A stretch of 64,000 nucleotides of DNA, taken from an uncultured Thermoplasmatales archaeon (GTDB lineage: Archaea; Thermoplasmatota; E2; DHVEG-1). The position numbers and the translations under genes are program-made. This document shows positions 39,190 through 50,403 of this stretch, in pieces. Positions within the stretch are counted from its first letter, which is position 1; every line of letters starts with the position of its first letter. The stretch lies in NCBI GenBank assembly GCA_964518165.1, contig CAZFFN010000086.1, forward strand, positions 6,408-70,407, written 5' to 3'. The notes beneath the pieces were generated by a model. The model had not been told where the DNA came from. It did no database searches and saw only the letters and a program-made list of their open reading frames with translations.

Positions 39190-41643
39190 TTATTTTTTCT
39201 TTTTTAAATATGGAACTTTAGTTTTTTTATTTTCTTTAACAATATATCCTTTTGGAAGATTTATTGGTTTAGCATTTTCTGGTTTCTTTTTACTAAAAAA
39301 TTTAATTCTTCTTTTTGTTCCATTTTTTGTAGTAATTTCTCTTTCAAATAAGTTGTAACCTTTATAGGTGTATCCAGATTTTTCTGGCTTTTCTTCTGTT
39401 TCTTTTTCAAAAGATTCCCATTCTTCGACTGTTTCTTCATCTTCAGTTTCCGGTATTTCTTCAATTTCCTTTCTTATTTTTTTAGCAATTTTTCTCCTTA
39501 TTCCACTAATGCTAGTAAAATCTTTAATAGTCATATTTTTTAATTTATCAATAGAATCGATACCGTTTTTGAGTAGAAGTTTTTCAATTTTTTCATCTAT
39601 TGAGTCAATTTCTTCAAAAACATTTTCTTTTTTAATATTTTTCTCTGTTTCTTTTGTATCTTCTTTTTCTTCTTCAATAAAGAACTCTTCTTCTGGAATT
39701 TCTTCTTCTAAAACATGATTTTTAATTTTTTCATCAATTTTTTTTGCTTCATCTATTTCGTCTTCTAATAGGTAACTTGAAAATTCATCTTCACCTATTA
39801 GATTATCCTCAGTATTTTTTTTGTAAAGTTCTTTTATTTCTTTTTTGATTTTTTTTGCTTTTTTTCTATTTATTCCTTCTATTTTTGATAATTTCCATGT
39901 TGATGTAGTTCTAACTGAGTCAATATTTTTGTAACCATTATCATAAAGTAAGATTGCAGTTTTTTTGTCTATGCTATTAATCTGTCTAAATGTATCTATC
40001 TTTTTATTTTCACTAATTTTTCCATCATGGAGACTTACCGTCTTTTGTTCCTCTTGTTTTTCTTTTGAAGGTTCTGGTTCAGCAAGTTCATCTATTGTTT
40101 CCCATTCTGTTTCATCTTCAATTTCTTTGAAAATTTTTTTAGCATTTTTTCTACTAATCCCGGTTATATTTACAATGTCGCTATATTCTGCATTTTTTAG
40201 TTCTTCAGAACTTGTGTATCCCTTATCAAAAAGAATTTTGGCTGTTTTATCATCTATAGTTTTATAATCTTTGAATACTTCGATTTTTTCTTCTGTTGAT
40301 ATTTTTTCTTCATCTTCTGTTTTTTCGGTGGTTTCTTTTTCAATTGTTTTGATTTCTTCTGTTTCTTTTATTTGAATCCATTCTTCTTCGTCTTCGTCTT
40401 CTAGTTTTGTCTCTTCTTTTTTAATGTCTTCTTCTTTTACTTTGCCTTTTGCTGTTTCTCCTAAGTCTATAGGTTTTATATCTACTTCTTCTTGAAGTTT
40501 TTCATCTAATTCTTTAATTATTTTTTTTGCAGTTCTTCTCTTTATGCCTTTGATTTTTTTAAGATCATTATATGTAACATCTTTTAATAAATCAGGTGAA
40601 GTGTATCCTTGTTCATATAAAATTATTGCAGTGTTGTTATCTATGCTCTCAAAATCTTTGAAAACTTCGATTTTTTCCTCTGTAGGTATTCCTTCTTCTT
40701 TTTCGTCGATTTTTATAATTTTTCCCTTTTGTTTTTCCTCAATTGGCTCAACTTCAATTGTTTCGAGTTCTTCCTCAGTTTCAATTAAATCAGGTTTAAC
40801 TTGTTGAACTTTATTGCCACAATTTGAACAAAATTTTTCACCTTCTCTTATTTTCTGTCCGCACAAAGAGCACTGGCCTTCTTTTATGGGCAATTTCTCT
40901 TTATCAACTTCTTTTTCTGGTTCGATTTTTTCTTTTGATTTTTCATCTTTTGTTTTAACATCTACAATTTCTGTTTCTTCCCATTCTTGCATTTCTTTTT
41001 CTGATTCTGTTTGTACCTGTTTGTATTCAGTTGTAGTTTCTTTTTTAACTTCTATTTGTTTTTCACCACAAAATTCACAGAAAGTTGCATCTTCATCTAT
41101 TTTTTTTCCACAAATTATACACGATTTTTTTTCTAAAAATTCTTGTTTTTTTTCTACGGATTCCCACTTTGGAAGTTCTTCTTTAACTTTGGTTTTTACT
41201 TCTTCTATTTCTGTTCCTGCTGGTTCCCATTCAGTTAATTCCTGGCTTGGTTTGGTTTCTGTTTCTATTCTTTCCTCTTTTTTAGGTTTTACCTCTAAAA
41301 ATTTAGGTTCGCTATGTTTGACTTTTTCAACTTCAAAAATATCTTCATCTTCGAGTGTAATCTCAGTTTTTGATACTTCCACTTTTGTTTTAATATTTGA
41401 GATTTCAACTTTTTGTCTTCCTCTTGGATAAACTGTAACCTTTGGTTCAAGAGTTTTTTCTTTTTCTGCAATAGTATAAGATGTTTCTTTGTATGTTGCT
41501 TTTTTCTTTTTCAATCTTTCATGTAAGTCTTTCATACTTTCTTTATCTTCAGATCTTACATTCTTAAGAGAATCAGAACCATTATCGATTATTTCGTGAA
41601 GTTTATCAATAATTCCTTTTTTTGATTTTTTTTCTTCAGGCAT
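39190..41643 (-). CDS. Large acidic protein: two Zn-ribbons, four (HhH)2 repeats, small basic C-terminal domain
   Basis: CIICG..CEFCG and CSLCG..CSNCG; four LY..GY.S...L..I.GI.R..AKKI units. Confidence 0.8.
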   Translation of the reverse strand: MPEEKKSKKGIIDKLHEIIDNGSDSLKNVRSEDKESMKDLHERLKKKKATYKETSYTIAEKEKTLEPKVTVYPRGRQKVEISNIKTKVEVSKTEITLEDEDIFEVEKVKHSEPKFLEVKPKKEERIETETKPSQELTEWEPAGTEIEEVKTKVKEELPKWESVEKKQEFLEKKSCIICGKKIDEDATFCEFCGEKQIEVKKETTTEYKQVQTESEKEMQEWEETEIVDVKTKDEKSKEKIEPEKEVDKEKLPIKEGQCSLCGQKIREGEKFCSNCGNKVQQVKPDLIETEEELETIEVEPIEEKQKGKIIKIDEKEEGIPTEEKIEVFKDFESIDNNTAIILYEQGYTSPDLLKDVTYNDLKKIKGIKRRTAKKIIKELDEKLQEEVDIKPIDLGETAKGKVKEEDIKKEETKLEDEDEEEWIQIKETEEIKTIEKETTEKTEDEEKISTEEKIEVFKDYKTIDDKTAKILFDKGYTSSEELKNAEYSDIVNITGISRKNAKKIFKEIEDETEWETIDELAEPEPSKEKQEEQKTVSLHDGKISENKKIDTFRQINSIDKKTAILLYDNGYKNIDSVRTTSTWKLSKIEGINRKKAKKIKKEIKELYKKNTEDNLIGEDEFSSYLLEDEIDEAKKIDEKIKNHVLEEEIPEEEFFIEEEKEDTKETEKNIKKENVFEEIDSIDEKIEKLLLKNGIDSIDKLKNMTIKDFTSISGIRRKIAKKIRKEIEEIPETEDEETVEEWESFEKETEEKPEKSGYTYKGYNLFEREITTKNGTKRRIKFFSKKKPENAKPINLPKGYIVKENKKTKVPYLKKKK

Positions 41644-41825
41644 TATCCTACACCTAATATTTTTATCTATATAATGTTTATTTTTATATTATATATATCT
41701 TTTTATACAGTCCTTGTCATAATTCTTAATAACCTGTTATATAAAAACATTCTGCCATTTTCATTTCCTTTGATTTATTAAAAAATTTATTAAGCGAGTT
41801 CCGCATCTCTTTTTTTTTGATTAGG

Positions 41826-42755
41826 ATGAAATTTGCGGGAAAAGATATAATTTCTATCAAGGATTTTTCAAAAAAAGAAATAAACCATATTTTAAAATAT
41901 GCAAAAAAAATGTTGCCATATGCTAAGGGGGAGAAATATAAGAATATTTTAGATGGTAAGGTCTTATCCTCGCTTTTTTTTGAACCAAGTACTAGAACGA
42001 GGCTTAGTTTTGAAAGTGCAATGAATAGACTAGGTGGAAGAGTCATAGGTTTTTCAGATCCAAGTGGTACATCTCAGAAAAAAGGTGAAAGCCTTGCTGA
42101 TACGATTAGAATGGCTGATTCATATAGTGACGTACTTGTAGTAAGGCATCCTCATGAAGGAGCGGCAAGACTTGCTGCTGAATTTGCTGAATCACCTGTT
42201 TTAAATGCAGGAGATGGAGCTGGAAGGCATCCTACACAGTGTCTTTTAGATTTATTTACCATTCTTACAGAAAAAAAGAGCATTGAAAAGAATAATGTAG
42301 TTTTAGTTGGGGACTTAAAATATGGTAGAACTGTGCATTCACTTGCTTATGCTTTATCCAAATATGGCGTTGAACTAACATTTGTTTCTCCAAAATCTTT
42401 GAAAATGCCAATAGAAGTTATTGATGAATGTAAGGATCTTGGTGTTGAACCAACTCAAACATCTAATCTTGAAAAAGCAATCAAGAAAGCTGATGTTTTA
42501 TATGCTACAAGAATTCAAAAAGAGCGTTTTCCTGATCCGATTGAATATAACCGGGTTGTAGGATCATATAAAATTGATTTAGAAATATTAGAAAAGGCAA
42601 ACGATGATTTAATCGTTATGCATCCTCTTCCTAGAGTTACAGAGATATCCCCAGAAGTAGATAGCACAGATCATGCAGTTTATTTCAAACAAGCATTTAA
42701 TGGAGTTCCTGTTAGAATGGCTCTTCTTTCACTTGTCAAAGGAGGTTTATTATGA
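41826..42755 (+). CDS. pyrB: Aspartate carbamoyltransferase catalytic chain
   Basis: FFEPSTRT, HPTQ.LLD, MHPLPR. Confidence 0.98.
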   Translation: MKFAGKDIISIKDFSKKEINHILKYAKKMLPYAKGEKYKNILDGKVLSSLFFEPSTRTRLSFESAMNRLGGRVIGFSDPSGTSQKKGESLADTIRMADSYSDVLVVRHPHEGAARLAAEFAESPVLNAGDGAGRHPTQCLLDLFTILTEKKSIEKNNVVLVGDLKYGRTVHSLAYALSKYGVELTFVSPKSLKMPIEVIDECKDLGVEPTQTSNLEKAIKKADVLYATRIQKERFPDPIEYNRVVGSYKIDLEILEKANDDLIVMHPLPRVTEISPEVDSTDHAVYFKQAFNGVPVRMALLSLVKGGLL

Positions 42756-43210
42756 GTAAAAAAGAACTAAAAATTCCGCTTATTAAGAATGGGACTGTGA
42801 TTGATCATATAAGTTCAGGAAATGCTGTGAAAGTTCTAAGAATTCTTGGTATCCCTGAAACAACTAAATCTGTTGTAAGTGTAGCAATAAACGTTAGAAG
42901 TAAAATGGATAGAAAAGATATTGTAAAAGTAGAGAATAGAGAACTAGATCCACATGAAGTAGATAAAATAGCTCTTGTTGCACCGAAGGCATCGATTAAT
43001 ATTATTAGAGACTACAAAGTTGCTGAAAAACACAGAGTAAATTTACCTGAAGAAATAAAAGGCATTGTTCGCTGCTTAAATCCAACTTGTATCTCTAATG
43101 CAAACGAACCAGTGGAAAGTAGGTTTAAAGTAATTAACAAAGATCCACTTAGAATAAAATGTTATTACTGTGAGCGTGAACCGGGGGATATTGCAGAAAT
43201 AATCATTTAA
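42752..43210 (+). CDS. pyrI: Aspartate carbamoyltransferase regulatory chain
   Basis: IKNGTVIDHI, C.NP.C, C.YCE. Confidence 0.98.
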   Translation: MSKKELKIPLIKNGTVIDHISSGNAVKVLRILGIPETTKSVVSVAINVRSKMDRKDIVKVENRELDPHEVDKIALVAPKASINIIRDYKVAEKHRVNLPEEIKGIVRCLNPTCISNANEPVESRFKVINKDPLRIKCYYCEREPGDIAEIII

Positions 43211-44462
43211 TCTCTTTAAGTATTTCTTTTGCTCTATCTATTTTTATTTTTTCTTCTTTTATCATCTGTTCTGCGATTTTGTCTATTTTTTTACCTTCAG
43301 CTCCAGCCATAACAGCTATATTTTTAGCATGAAGCTTCATATGTCCTTTTTGTATTCCAACGGTTGAAAGAGCATAAACTGCTGCAAAGTTTTGTGCAAG
43401 ACCAAGGCTTGCGACAACTTCACCTAAATCTGATGCTGTTTGTATGCCTAGTATTTTTTTACATACCTTTGCCTTTGGATGAATATTACTTGCACCACCA
43501 ACAATTCCAACAGCTACAGGTAACTCGATTTCACCTACTAGATTTCCATCTTTGTCTTTATGATACTTTGTAAGAGAAGTGTATTGGCCGTTTCTTGCTG
43601 CATAAGCATGTGCGCCTGATTCAATTGCGCGGAAATCGTTTCCAGTAGCAATAATTAGGGCATCTATTCCATTCATAATTCCTTTATTGTGGGTAGCCGC
43701 TCTATATGGGTCAATTTTTGCAAGAGTATATGATTCAAGAAAAGCATCTACTACTTTTTCTCCACCAATTTTTTCTTTATCAAAAACTGCTTTAGCTCTT
43801 GCAAGTCTTTTATCAGCTAGATTCGAAAGAATCTTTAATCTAATTCTTCCATCTGTAAGTTCCTCAAGCATTGGTGCAAGTGCCTCACACATGGTGTTTA
43901 CTGCATTAGCACCCATTGCATCTCTTACATCTACATGAATGTGGGTTACAATCATTTTACCAAGTGGGCTGTTTAGAATTCTTACTTCTAAATCTTTAGC
44001 TCCTCCGCCTAGATCAACAAGTGTTTTATCTTGTGTGTTAGCTAGTTCGAGTAACTGTTTTTTATGATTAAGGATTTCTTCAACAGCAGTTGCTATATCT
44101 TCAACATCTAAAAGTTGCAGTTGACCAATCATAATAGGATCTGAGCATTCTGCAGTAAAGCCTCCTTTTATTCTTGCTACTTTTGCTGCGTTACTTGCTG
44201 CTGCAACAACACTTGACTCTTCTACAGCCATTGGAATAATCTTGTCTTCACCATTGATTTTAAAATTAACTGCCACGCCTATTGGAAATTCAAAAGTTCC
44301 AAGAACATTTTCAATCATCCTATCTGCAATATCGATATTAAGACATGATGAGAATAATTTTGATTCTTTCTCTGATAAGTTAGCAAATTTTTTTATAATT
44401 TCAACTCTTTTTTTGACAGGTAATTTATAGAAACCTGATATTTTTGATGTTTTTTCAGTCAT
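43203..44462 (-). CDS. mvaA: HMG-CoA reductase, class II
   Basis: IENVLG, PMAVEESSVVAA, DAMGANAVN, YRAATHNKG, QKGHMKLH. Confidence 0.95.
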   Translation of the reverse strand: MTEKTSKISGFYKLPVKKRVEIIKKFANLSEKESKLFSSCLNIDIADRMIENVLGTFEFPIGVAVNFKINGEDKIIPMAVEESSVVAAASNAAKVARIKGGFTAECSDPIMIGQLQLLDVEDIATAVEEILNHKKQLLELANTQDKTLVDLGGGAKDLEVRILNSPLGKMIVTHIHVDVRDAMGANAVNTMCEALAPMLEELTDGRIRLKILSNLADKRLARAKAVFDKEKIGGEKVVDAFLESYTLAKIDPYRAATHNKGIMNGIDALIIATGNDFRAIESGAHAYAARNGQYTSLTKYHKDKDGNLVGEIELPVAVGIVGGASNIHPKAKVCKKILGIQTASDLGEVVASLGLAQNFAAVYALSTVGIQKGHMKLHAKNIAVMAGAEGKKIDKIAEQMIKEEKIKIDRAKEILKEIK

Positions 44463-44569
44463 AAATCTAATACCTCCTCCGGATTAGGAATTTTGAAAAT
44501 ATAGTAATTGTTATTAAAATTGTCTATTTTAATGTCGTTATTTAACGAATAAACTATATTTTTAAAATC

Positions 44570-46510
44570 CTAAATAGTTTCTCTTGTTTTAACAGCCATT
44601 CCATAGCTAAAAAAAAGCATTTCTTTTTTATTTAAAAGGCATCTTCCAACTGCAATAAGATTATCACTGGAATCAACAACTAAACATTCATCCAATGGTC
44701 TAAGATTAGAACTACAATCTTTTACAAACTTACTAAAAACACTTTTTCCCTCTTTTATAAAAGGTACGGCATCATCTTCAACTACGACTCTTAAAAATGG
44801 TTTCTTAAAAGAGTTATGAAGAATTTTTCCTCCTTCGATTTTCAATGTAAACATGCCGTCTTCTGCACGCATAGATAAGATATGTTTGTTATCACAATAT
44901 ACATTACGGATTTTCTTTGTCTTTTTTGATTTAACAATCTTAACTTTTCCATCTAAAAGAGCATCTCCAGATCCCTTTCCAAACTGCATATTACATACTT
45001 GGCTAATCCTTTTTAGATCAAAATTGTAATTTTTTTCAGAAGAGTTTTTTATACTATCTAGAGTCTTTTTTCCCTTCCAACAAATTAGATTTTCGTCATT
45101 TGTAAACTCATCAAAGATATTTGTAACAATTTCTTCAGTTGAAAGATCAGTATATCTAGGAAAAATAGATTGAGCAAAAGGATACATCTCATCAAGTTCA
45201 AATGGAACAGGTCCAAGTGCAGAGTCAACAAGTAACATTGTATCAGGATTTTTAGAAAGTATATCTTTTACTTGATTTCTGTAAGATGTAGAATAAGGTT
45301 TTTCAGTTTCAGAAAAAACTAATACTCCCTTATTTTTTCCTTCATAATTTTCAAGCAATCGCTTATGAACTCTATATATGAGCGGCCTATGAATAGTGTT
45401 AGAGCCAGTATAAAATACAGCACTTTTTTTACTAATCACCTCATTTTTCTCAAGCCATTCTTTGCTTTCCTTAGTTCTAAGAATCTTCATAGCATCCAAA
45501 AGATAAGGATTTGAATTTGCCCTTCGCTCAACTAAATCCCAAAGCGATCCTTTTTCTATTTCATTTCTAATTCTTTTTATTTCTGAAAAACTAATGTATA
45601 AATTGTGTTTTGCGATCTCCTTTATTCTATCATTTTTTTTCAACTTTTTAAATTCATTCATCTTATATTTTGAACAAATTGGACAATGGCAAGATATTTC
45701 TTTTATATCTTCAAGCTTTTCAGTACCCCATGGAAAGATCATTCTTTCATCTTTAGCATATTTAATATAAGCTGATGAATCAAAGAAATCACAACCAAGT
45801 GCAACAGCTAGTGGAAAGATCATAGGATGGCCCGCACCAAACAAGTGTACAGGTTTACTAGGATCCAGTCCTTTTTTTGAAGAAATGATACTCCTTACTA
45901 AATCACTATATCTCTGATTCTCCATTAAGGGAACAACACCGCCAAGAGGATAAAAATCAGCGTCGATTTTTGATAACTCTTTTGCACATTTATTTCTCAG
46001 ATCCGGATAGACAGATCCTTGTACTGTACATGCAAGATTCATATCTTTTTTTACTTTCACGCTTTTCTTTGCTCTTTTAATTGTTTCTTTCATTCCTTCT
46101 TCTGCTTGTTTTTTAGTGTTGTCTGGTGTTCCAAATATATCAAGAATAGTTCCAATATCACTGCCGATATCTCTTTGGAATTCTACAATTTCAATAGGGT
46201 CAACTTCCACGTCACCATAAACATAGGATTGAAAAGTACCGGAGTCAGTCATAATAGGGCCATCAAAATCAATCAATTTATGAACACCATCCTTCAGTGC
46301 TTTATTCCTTAGATTTTCACTTTTTCTAATAATATAAGAATTTGTAATAACAATCTCAGTTCCAAAAAGTTTTTTCATATCTTTTGGAGAAATAATCATT
46401 TTATTTGGATTTATCACCGGCATTAAATTCGGAGTTGTTACTGTTCCATGTTTGGTATGAAATTTACATATTCTACCTGACGCATCTCTTTTTTTGATTT
46501 CAAATTTCAT
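44570..46510 (-). CDS. tgtA: Archaeosine tRNA-guanine transglycosylase
   Basis: TPNLMPV, DSGTFQ, HLFGAGHP, CDFFDS, CHCPIC, C-terminal PUA domain. Confidence 0.96.
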   Translation of the reverse strand: MKFEIKKRDASGRICKFHTKHGTVTTPNLMPVINPNKMIISPKDMKKLFGTEIVITNSYIIRKSENLRNKALKDGVHKLIDFDGPIMTDSGTFQSYVYGDVEVDPIEIVEFQRDIGSDIGTILDIFGTPDNTKKQAEEGMKETIKRAKKSVKVKKDMNLACTVQGSVYPDLRNKCAKELSKIDADFYPLGGVVPLMENQRYSDLVRSIISSKKGLDPSKPVHLFGAGHPMIFPLAVALGCDFFDSSAYIKYAKDERMIFPWGTEKLEDIKEISCHCPICSKYKMNEFKKLKKNDRIKEIAKHNLYISFSEIKRIRNEIEKGSLWDLVERRANSNPYLLDAMKILRTKESKEWLEKNEVISKKSAVFYTGSNTIHRPLIYRVHKRLLENYEGKNKGVLVFSETEKPYSTSYRNQVKDILSKNPDTMLLVDSALGPVPFELDEMYPFAQSIFPRYTDLSTEEIVTNIFDEFTNDENLICWKGKKTLDSIKNSSEKNYNFDLKRISQVCNMQFGKGSGDALLDGKVKIVKSKKTKKIRNVYCDNKHILSMRAEDGMFTLKIEGGKILHNSFKKPFLRVVVEDDAVPFIKEGKSVFSKFVKDCSSNLRPLDECLVVDSSDNLIAVGRCLLNKKEMLFFSYGMAVKTRETI

Positions 46511-46567
46511 GAATTAATCTATTTGGTGAAACAAAAAGAAATATTTAGCTTTAAGGTGTATTTTTTA

Positions 46568-47335
46568 CTATGCACCTATCTGAATAGGGTTAATCAGTCT
46601 TTTAAGGGTAGCAATAGCAGAAAGTGATGCCATGTAGCTGGAACCAGGATTATTTGGATTAGGCATGTTTTCAACAACTGCTCTAAGCCTTCCAAATTTA
46701 CCATGAGCTAGAATCTTATGGCTGTTTCTAGTTGCAACTGGATCAACGACGATTTCAACTTTAGTTTTATCAAAACCAATACCTGCAATTGATAGATTAG
46801 CAGCAACGTTGATATTTTTTGGAAACTTTTTAACAGCGTCTCTAGCATTTCCTTCAAAGACAACAGTTCTTTTATCAAATTCTTTGGAAAGCGCCTTTGG
46901 AGGTTTAGTTGTAACAAGAGTTACTTCATCAATTTCCTCGATACTTGCAGATAAAACACCATCAATTCCACACACAGCACCTGATGGAAGATAAATTTTA
47001 CAATTGTTTTCTTTTGCAAGTTTCTCAAGCTTATTCTTAAACTTGTCATCAAATAAGCTACCAATACTCATAATAATAATATCTTTTTTAGAGTTTAGAA
47101 CCGTTTCAGCGTACTCGTTTACTGCTTTCTGAGAGGCGGCCTCAAATACCACATCTACCTCATCTAAAAAATCTTCAACAGATTTAATCTCTGCTTTTTT
47201 AACCTTACTTTGTAATTTTTCAGCTGCTTTTCTGTCGATATCATAAAGATATATCTTTTTTATTTCATCCATTTTATCTGCAGCTTTTGCAACATCAGAT
47301 CCAATCGCACCGCAACCAATCATTCCAAGTTTCAT
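46568..47335 (-). CDS. nadX: L-aspartate dehydrogenase
   Basis: GCGAIG, EAASQ, PSGAVCGID, FP.NINVAA. Confidence 0.95.
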   Translation of the reverse strand: MKLGMIGCGAIGSDVAKAADKMDEIKKIYLYDIDRKAAEKLQSKVKKAEIKSVEDFLDEVDVVFEAASQKAVNEYAETVLNSKKDIIIMSIGSLFDDKFKNKLEKLAKENNCKIYLPSGAVCGIDGVLSASIEEIDEVTLVTTKPPKALSKEFDKRTVVFEGNARDAVKKFPKNINVAANLSIAGIGFDKTKVEIVVDPVATRNSHKILAHGKFGRLRAVVENMPNPNNPGSSYMASLSAIATLKRLINPIQIGA

Positions 47336-47384
47336 AATTAATTACCAAAACCTTAAAACAAGAATACATATAAAAAGTATTAAC

Positions 47385-48209
47385 ATGGATGATATTGAAC
47401 GATTCCTAGATGAGGATTTAAACAAAGAAGGTGATATCACTACTGAATCACTTTTTTCAGATGAAGAAGGAGAAGCAGAGATATATGCAAAAGAAAATGG
47501 AATAGTAGCGGGTCTTTTAGAAGCAGAAAAAGTTTTTAAAAAAACAGGTGCAAATCTAAAACAAAAAGTTAAAGATGGAGATTTTGTAGAAAAAAAACAA
47601 ATCGTTGCAGTTATCAAGGGGCCAATTAAATCAATACTTATAGGTGAAAGACTAGCCTTAAATTTTATATGCAAAATGAGCGGGATTGCTACAGAAACAA
47701 AAAAATTAACAGATAAATGCAGGAAAATTAATCCAAATGTCAATATTGCTGCTACTAGAAAAACAACACCGGGTTTTAGAAAATATGAAAAAAAAGCAGT
47801 TGAATTAGGCAGGGGTGATCCACACAGGTTTGGCCTATTTGATGCAGTTCTAATAAAAGACAATCATTTAAAAAAGAAAACAACAATTTCTAAAACTATA
47901 AAAATAATTAAAGAAAAAACAAAGAATAAAATAATTGAAATAGAAGTAGAAAATGAAAAAGATGCAATTGAAGCAGCTAAAAATGATGTAGATTATATTA
48001 TGCTTGATAATTTCTCTCCTGAAAAAGGGAAAAAAGCTGCAGAAAAAATTAGAAGAATAAATCCAAAAACAAAAATTGAAGTATCCGGTGGGATTAATCC
48101 AGATAATATTATTAAATATGCTTCATACCCTGATAGGATTTCTATGGGTTACTTGACTCATTCAGTGAAAAATATGGATTTTTCACTAGAGATTATAAAT
48201 TTTTTTTAG
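47385..48209 (+). CDS. nadC: Quinolinate phosphoribosyltransferase
   Basis: TRKTTPG, HRFGL.D..LIKDNH, IMLDN, SGGI. Confidence 0.96.
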   Translation: MDDIERFLDEDLNKEGDITTESLFSDEEGEAEIYAKENGIVAGLLEAEKVFKKTGANLKQKVKDGDFVEKKQIVAVIKGPIKSILIGERLALNFICKMSGIATETKKLTDKCRKINPNVNIAATRKTTPGFRKYEKKAVELGRGDPHRFGLFDAVLIKDNHLKKKTTISKTIKIIKEKTKNKIIEIEVENEKDAIEAAKNDVDYIMLDNFSPEKGKKAAEKIRRINPKTKIEVSGGINPDNIIKYASYPDRISMGYLTHSVKNMDFSLEIINFF

Positions 48210-48306
48210 CAAATATTTAATAAGTGAATTTACTTTACTATATTGAAAAAAATAAAATTATCGCAATAAAGTGGGGATTATTTGTTGTGAGGGTATGGTG
48301 ATTTAG

Positions 48307-49494
48307 ATGAAAAAGATTGTTGAAGATGTAATTGCAAATGAGAAAAAGAAAAAATCTAAGAAATCTAAAAAAAATAAAAAATCAAAGAAAAAAAATAACT
48401 CTAAATCTAATTCAAAAAAAGAGGATGTCTTGAAAGATTCACTTACTCGTCAAAGTTTGAATATGGGGATGAATGACGAGGACTTAGAAAGTGTTCTTTC
48501 TCAACTTACGACTAACATTAAAGTAGTGGGTTGCGGGGGTGCTGGAACAAATACTATCAGCCGTTGTGTTGAAAGTGCAATTTCTGGTGCTCAATTAATA
48601 GCGATCAATACTGATGCTCAGCATCTTTTGCTAGCTGAATCTCCTAATAAGATTCTTGTAGGAAGACATCTAACAAAAGGTCTTGGAGCAGGTTCTCTTC
48701 CTCAAGTAGGTGAAGAAGCAGCAAAAGAAAGCGAACAAGATATACGTAAATCTCTAGGTCGTTCTGATATGGTTTTTGTAACTTGTGGGCTAGGTGGAGG
48801 AACTGGAACTGGTTCAGCACCTGTTGTAGCTCAACTTGCAAAAGAATCAGGTGCATTAACTATAGGTGTTGTCACTCTTCCTTTCAGTGTAGAAGGGATG
48901 ATTCGTATGGAGAATGCTGAAGCTGGGCTTAAAAGACTTAGAGAAGTATGTGATACAGTTATTGTTATACCAAATGATAAATTACTTGATATTGTGCCAA
49001 ATCTATCTTTAAATGCTGCTTTTAAGGTAGCTGATGAAGTTCTTATGCGCTCAATTAAGGGTATTACTGAGATGATTACAATGCCTGGCTTAGTTAATTT
49101 GGATTTTGCAGATCTTAAAACCGTTATGAAACGCGGTGGTGTTGCAATGATAGGTCTTGGTGAAGCAGAAGGAGATAACAAAGCAGTAAATGCTGTAGTT
49201 GAAGCATTAAATTCACCACTTTTAGAAGTTGATATTAGTGAAGCAACTGGAGCACTTGTAAATGTTACTGGCGGTGAAGATATGACAATTTCTGAAGCAG
49301 AGAGAGTAGTCGAAGAGATTTATTCACGTGTTGATCCAAATGCAAGGATTATCTGGGGTACAACAGTTGATCCCGCACTTAAGAGAAACCTCCGAGCTAT
49401 GCTTGTTATTACAGGTGTAAAATCAAAACAAATTTTAGGCCCAAATCAAAAATCCTTTGAAAATAAGGAATATGGAATAGATTTTGTTGCCTAA
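48307..49494 (+). CDS. ftsZ: Cell division protein FtsZ
   Basis: [22 protein letters not shown]. Confidence 0.98.
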   Translation: MKKIVEDVIANEKKKKSKKSKKNKKSKKKNNSKSNSKKEDVLKDSLTRQSLNMGMNDEDLESVLSQLTTNIKVVGCGGAGTNTISRCVESAISGAQLIAINTDAQHLLLAESPNKILVGRHLTKGLGAGSLPQVGEEAAKESEQDIRKSLGRSDMVFVTCGLGGGTGTGSAPVVAQLAKESGALTIGVVTLPFSVEGMIRMENAEAGLKRLREVCDTVIVIPNDKLLDIVPNLSLNAAFKVADEVLMRSIKGITEMITMPGLVNLDFADLKTVMKRGGVAMIGLGEAEGDNKAVNAVVEALNSPLLEVDISEATGALVNVTGGEDMTISEAERVVEEIYSRVDPNARIIWGTTVDPALKRNLRAMLVITGVKSKQILGPNQKSFENKEYGIDFVA

Positions 49495-49588
49495 ATCTTA
49501 ATCTTTTTTTCCTTTTTTTACACAAAAATGCCAAATTCTTTATATATACCTATTTATTTGACCATTTTGTATTTTGAGGTGTTTAATA

Positions 49589-49870
49589 GTGAAAAAACCT
49601 AAAGATAAAAAAAATAGCGGTACTGAAAATGGATTCGTAGATAAAGCATGGGATTTACAAAACAGAATAGAATCCCGTAGAGACAGGATCGGAAAAGGAA
49701 AATACGGTAGAGTACTAAAAATGGCTAGAAAACCAACTAATGAAGAATACTCAAAAACCTCAAAAATCACAGGTGTAGGAATACTTCTAATCGGTGGATT
49801 AGGTTTTCTTATATTTTTACTTGCTAAACAAGCAGCTCCTTGGATTGCTGAGGCTCTTGGATTAATTTAA
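49589..49870 (+). CDS. secE: Protein translocase SecE/Sec61-gamma
   Basis: [15 protein letters not shown] helix; located between ftsZ and spt5. Confidence 0.92.
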   Translation: MKKPKDKKNSGTENGFVDKAWDLQNRIESRRDRIGKGKYGRVLKMARKPTNEEYSKTSKITGVGILLIGGLGFLIFLLAKQAAPWIAEALGLI

Positions 49871-49890
49871 CTAATTTTGGATGTAATAAC

Positions 49891-50400
49891 ATGGAAAGCG
49901 CAGATTTTGAAGAAGAAACTCAAGAGAAACCAAAAATTCTCTCAATTAAAACACAGGTTGGAAAAGAACAGAACGCAGCTCAGCTGTTAAATAGCAGAGC
50001 AGATAAGAATAAGGTGAGAATCCCTTCAATTCTTGTCACACCTGAACTTCGTGGTTATCTATTTATTGAAGGATATGATCGAGAACTCATCAAAGAAATG
50101 ATTAAAACTATCTCATATGCTAGAAATATGTTAGATGGAGATATTCCACTTGATCAAATCGAACACTTTTTGATACCTGCTTCGGCTGTAGCAAAAATTG
50201 CTGAAGGAGATGTCGTAGAAATGGTATCAGGTCCATTTAGAGGAGAAACTGCTAAAGTCACTCATATTGATGATACAAAAGAAGAAATTACTGTAGAACT
50301 TTTTGAATCAGTTGTTCCTATACCAATTACTGTTCGTGGAGAACAAGTTAGAGTAATTAAAAGAAAAGATGAAGATAAAAAAGAAGAAAAGGAGAAATAA
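49891..50400 (+). CDS. spt5: Transcription elongation factor Spt5/NusG
   Basis: GYLFIE NGN domain; KOW GD.VE..SGPF.GE. Confidence 0.95.
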   Translation: MESADFEEETQEKPKILSIKTQVGKEQNAAQLLNSRADKNKVRIPSILVTPELRGYLFIEGYDRELIKEMIKTISYARNMLDGDIPLDQIEHFLIPASAVAKIAEGDVVEMVSGPFRGETAKVTHIDDTKEEITVELFESVVPIPITVRGEQVRVIKRKDEDKKEEKEK

Positions 50401-50403
50401 AAC

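Noticed and set aside
43203-44462. Bacterial-type class II HMG-CoA reductase as a novelty
   Set aside because: Already known in Archaeoglobus and Thermoplasmatales.
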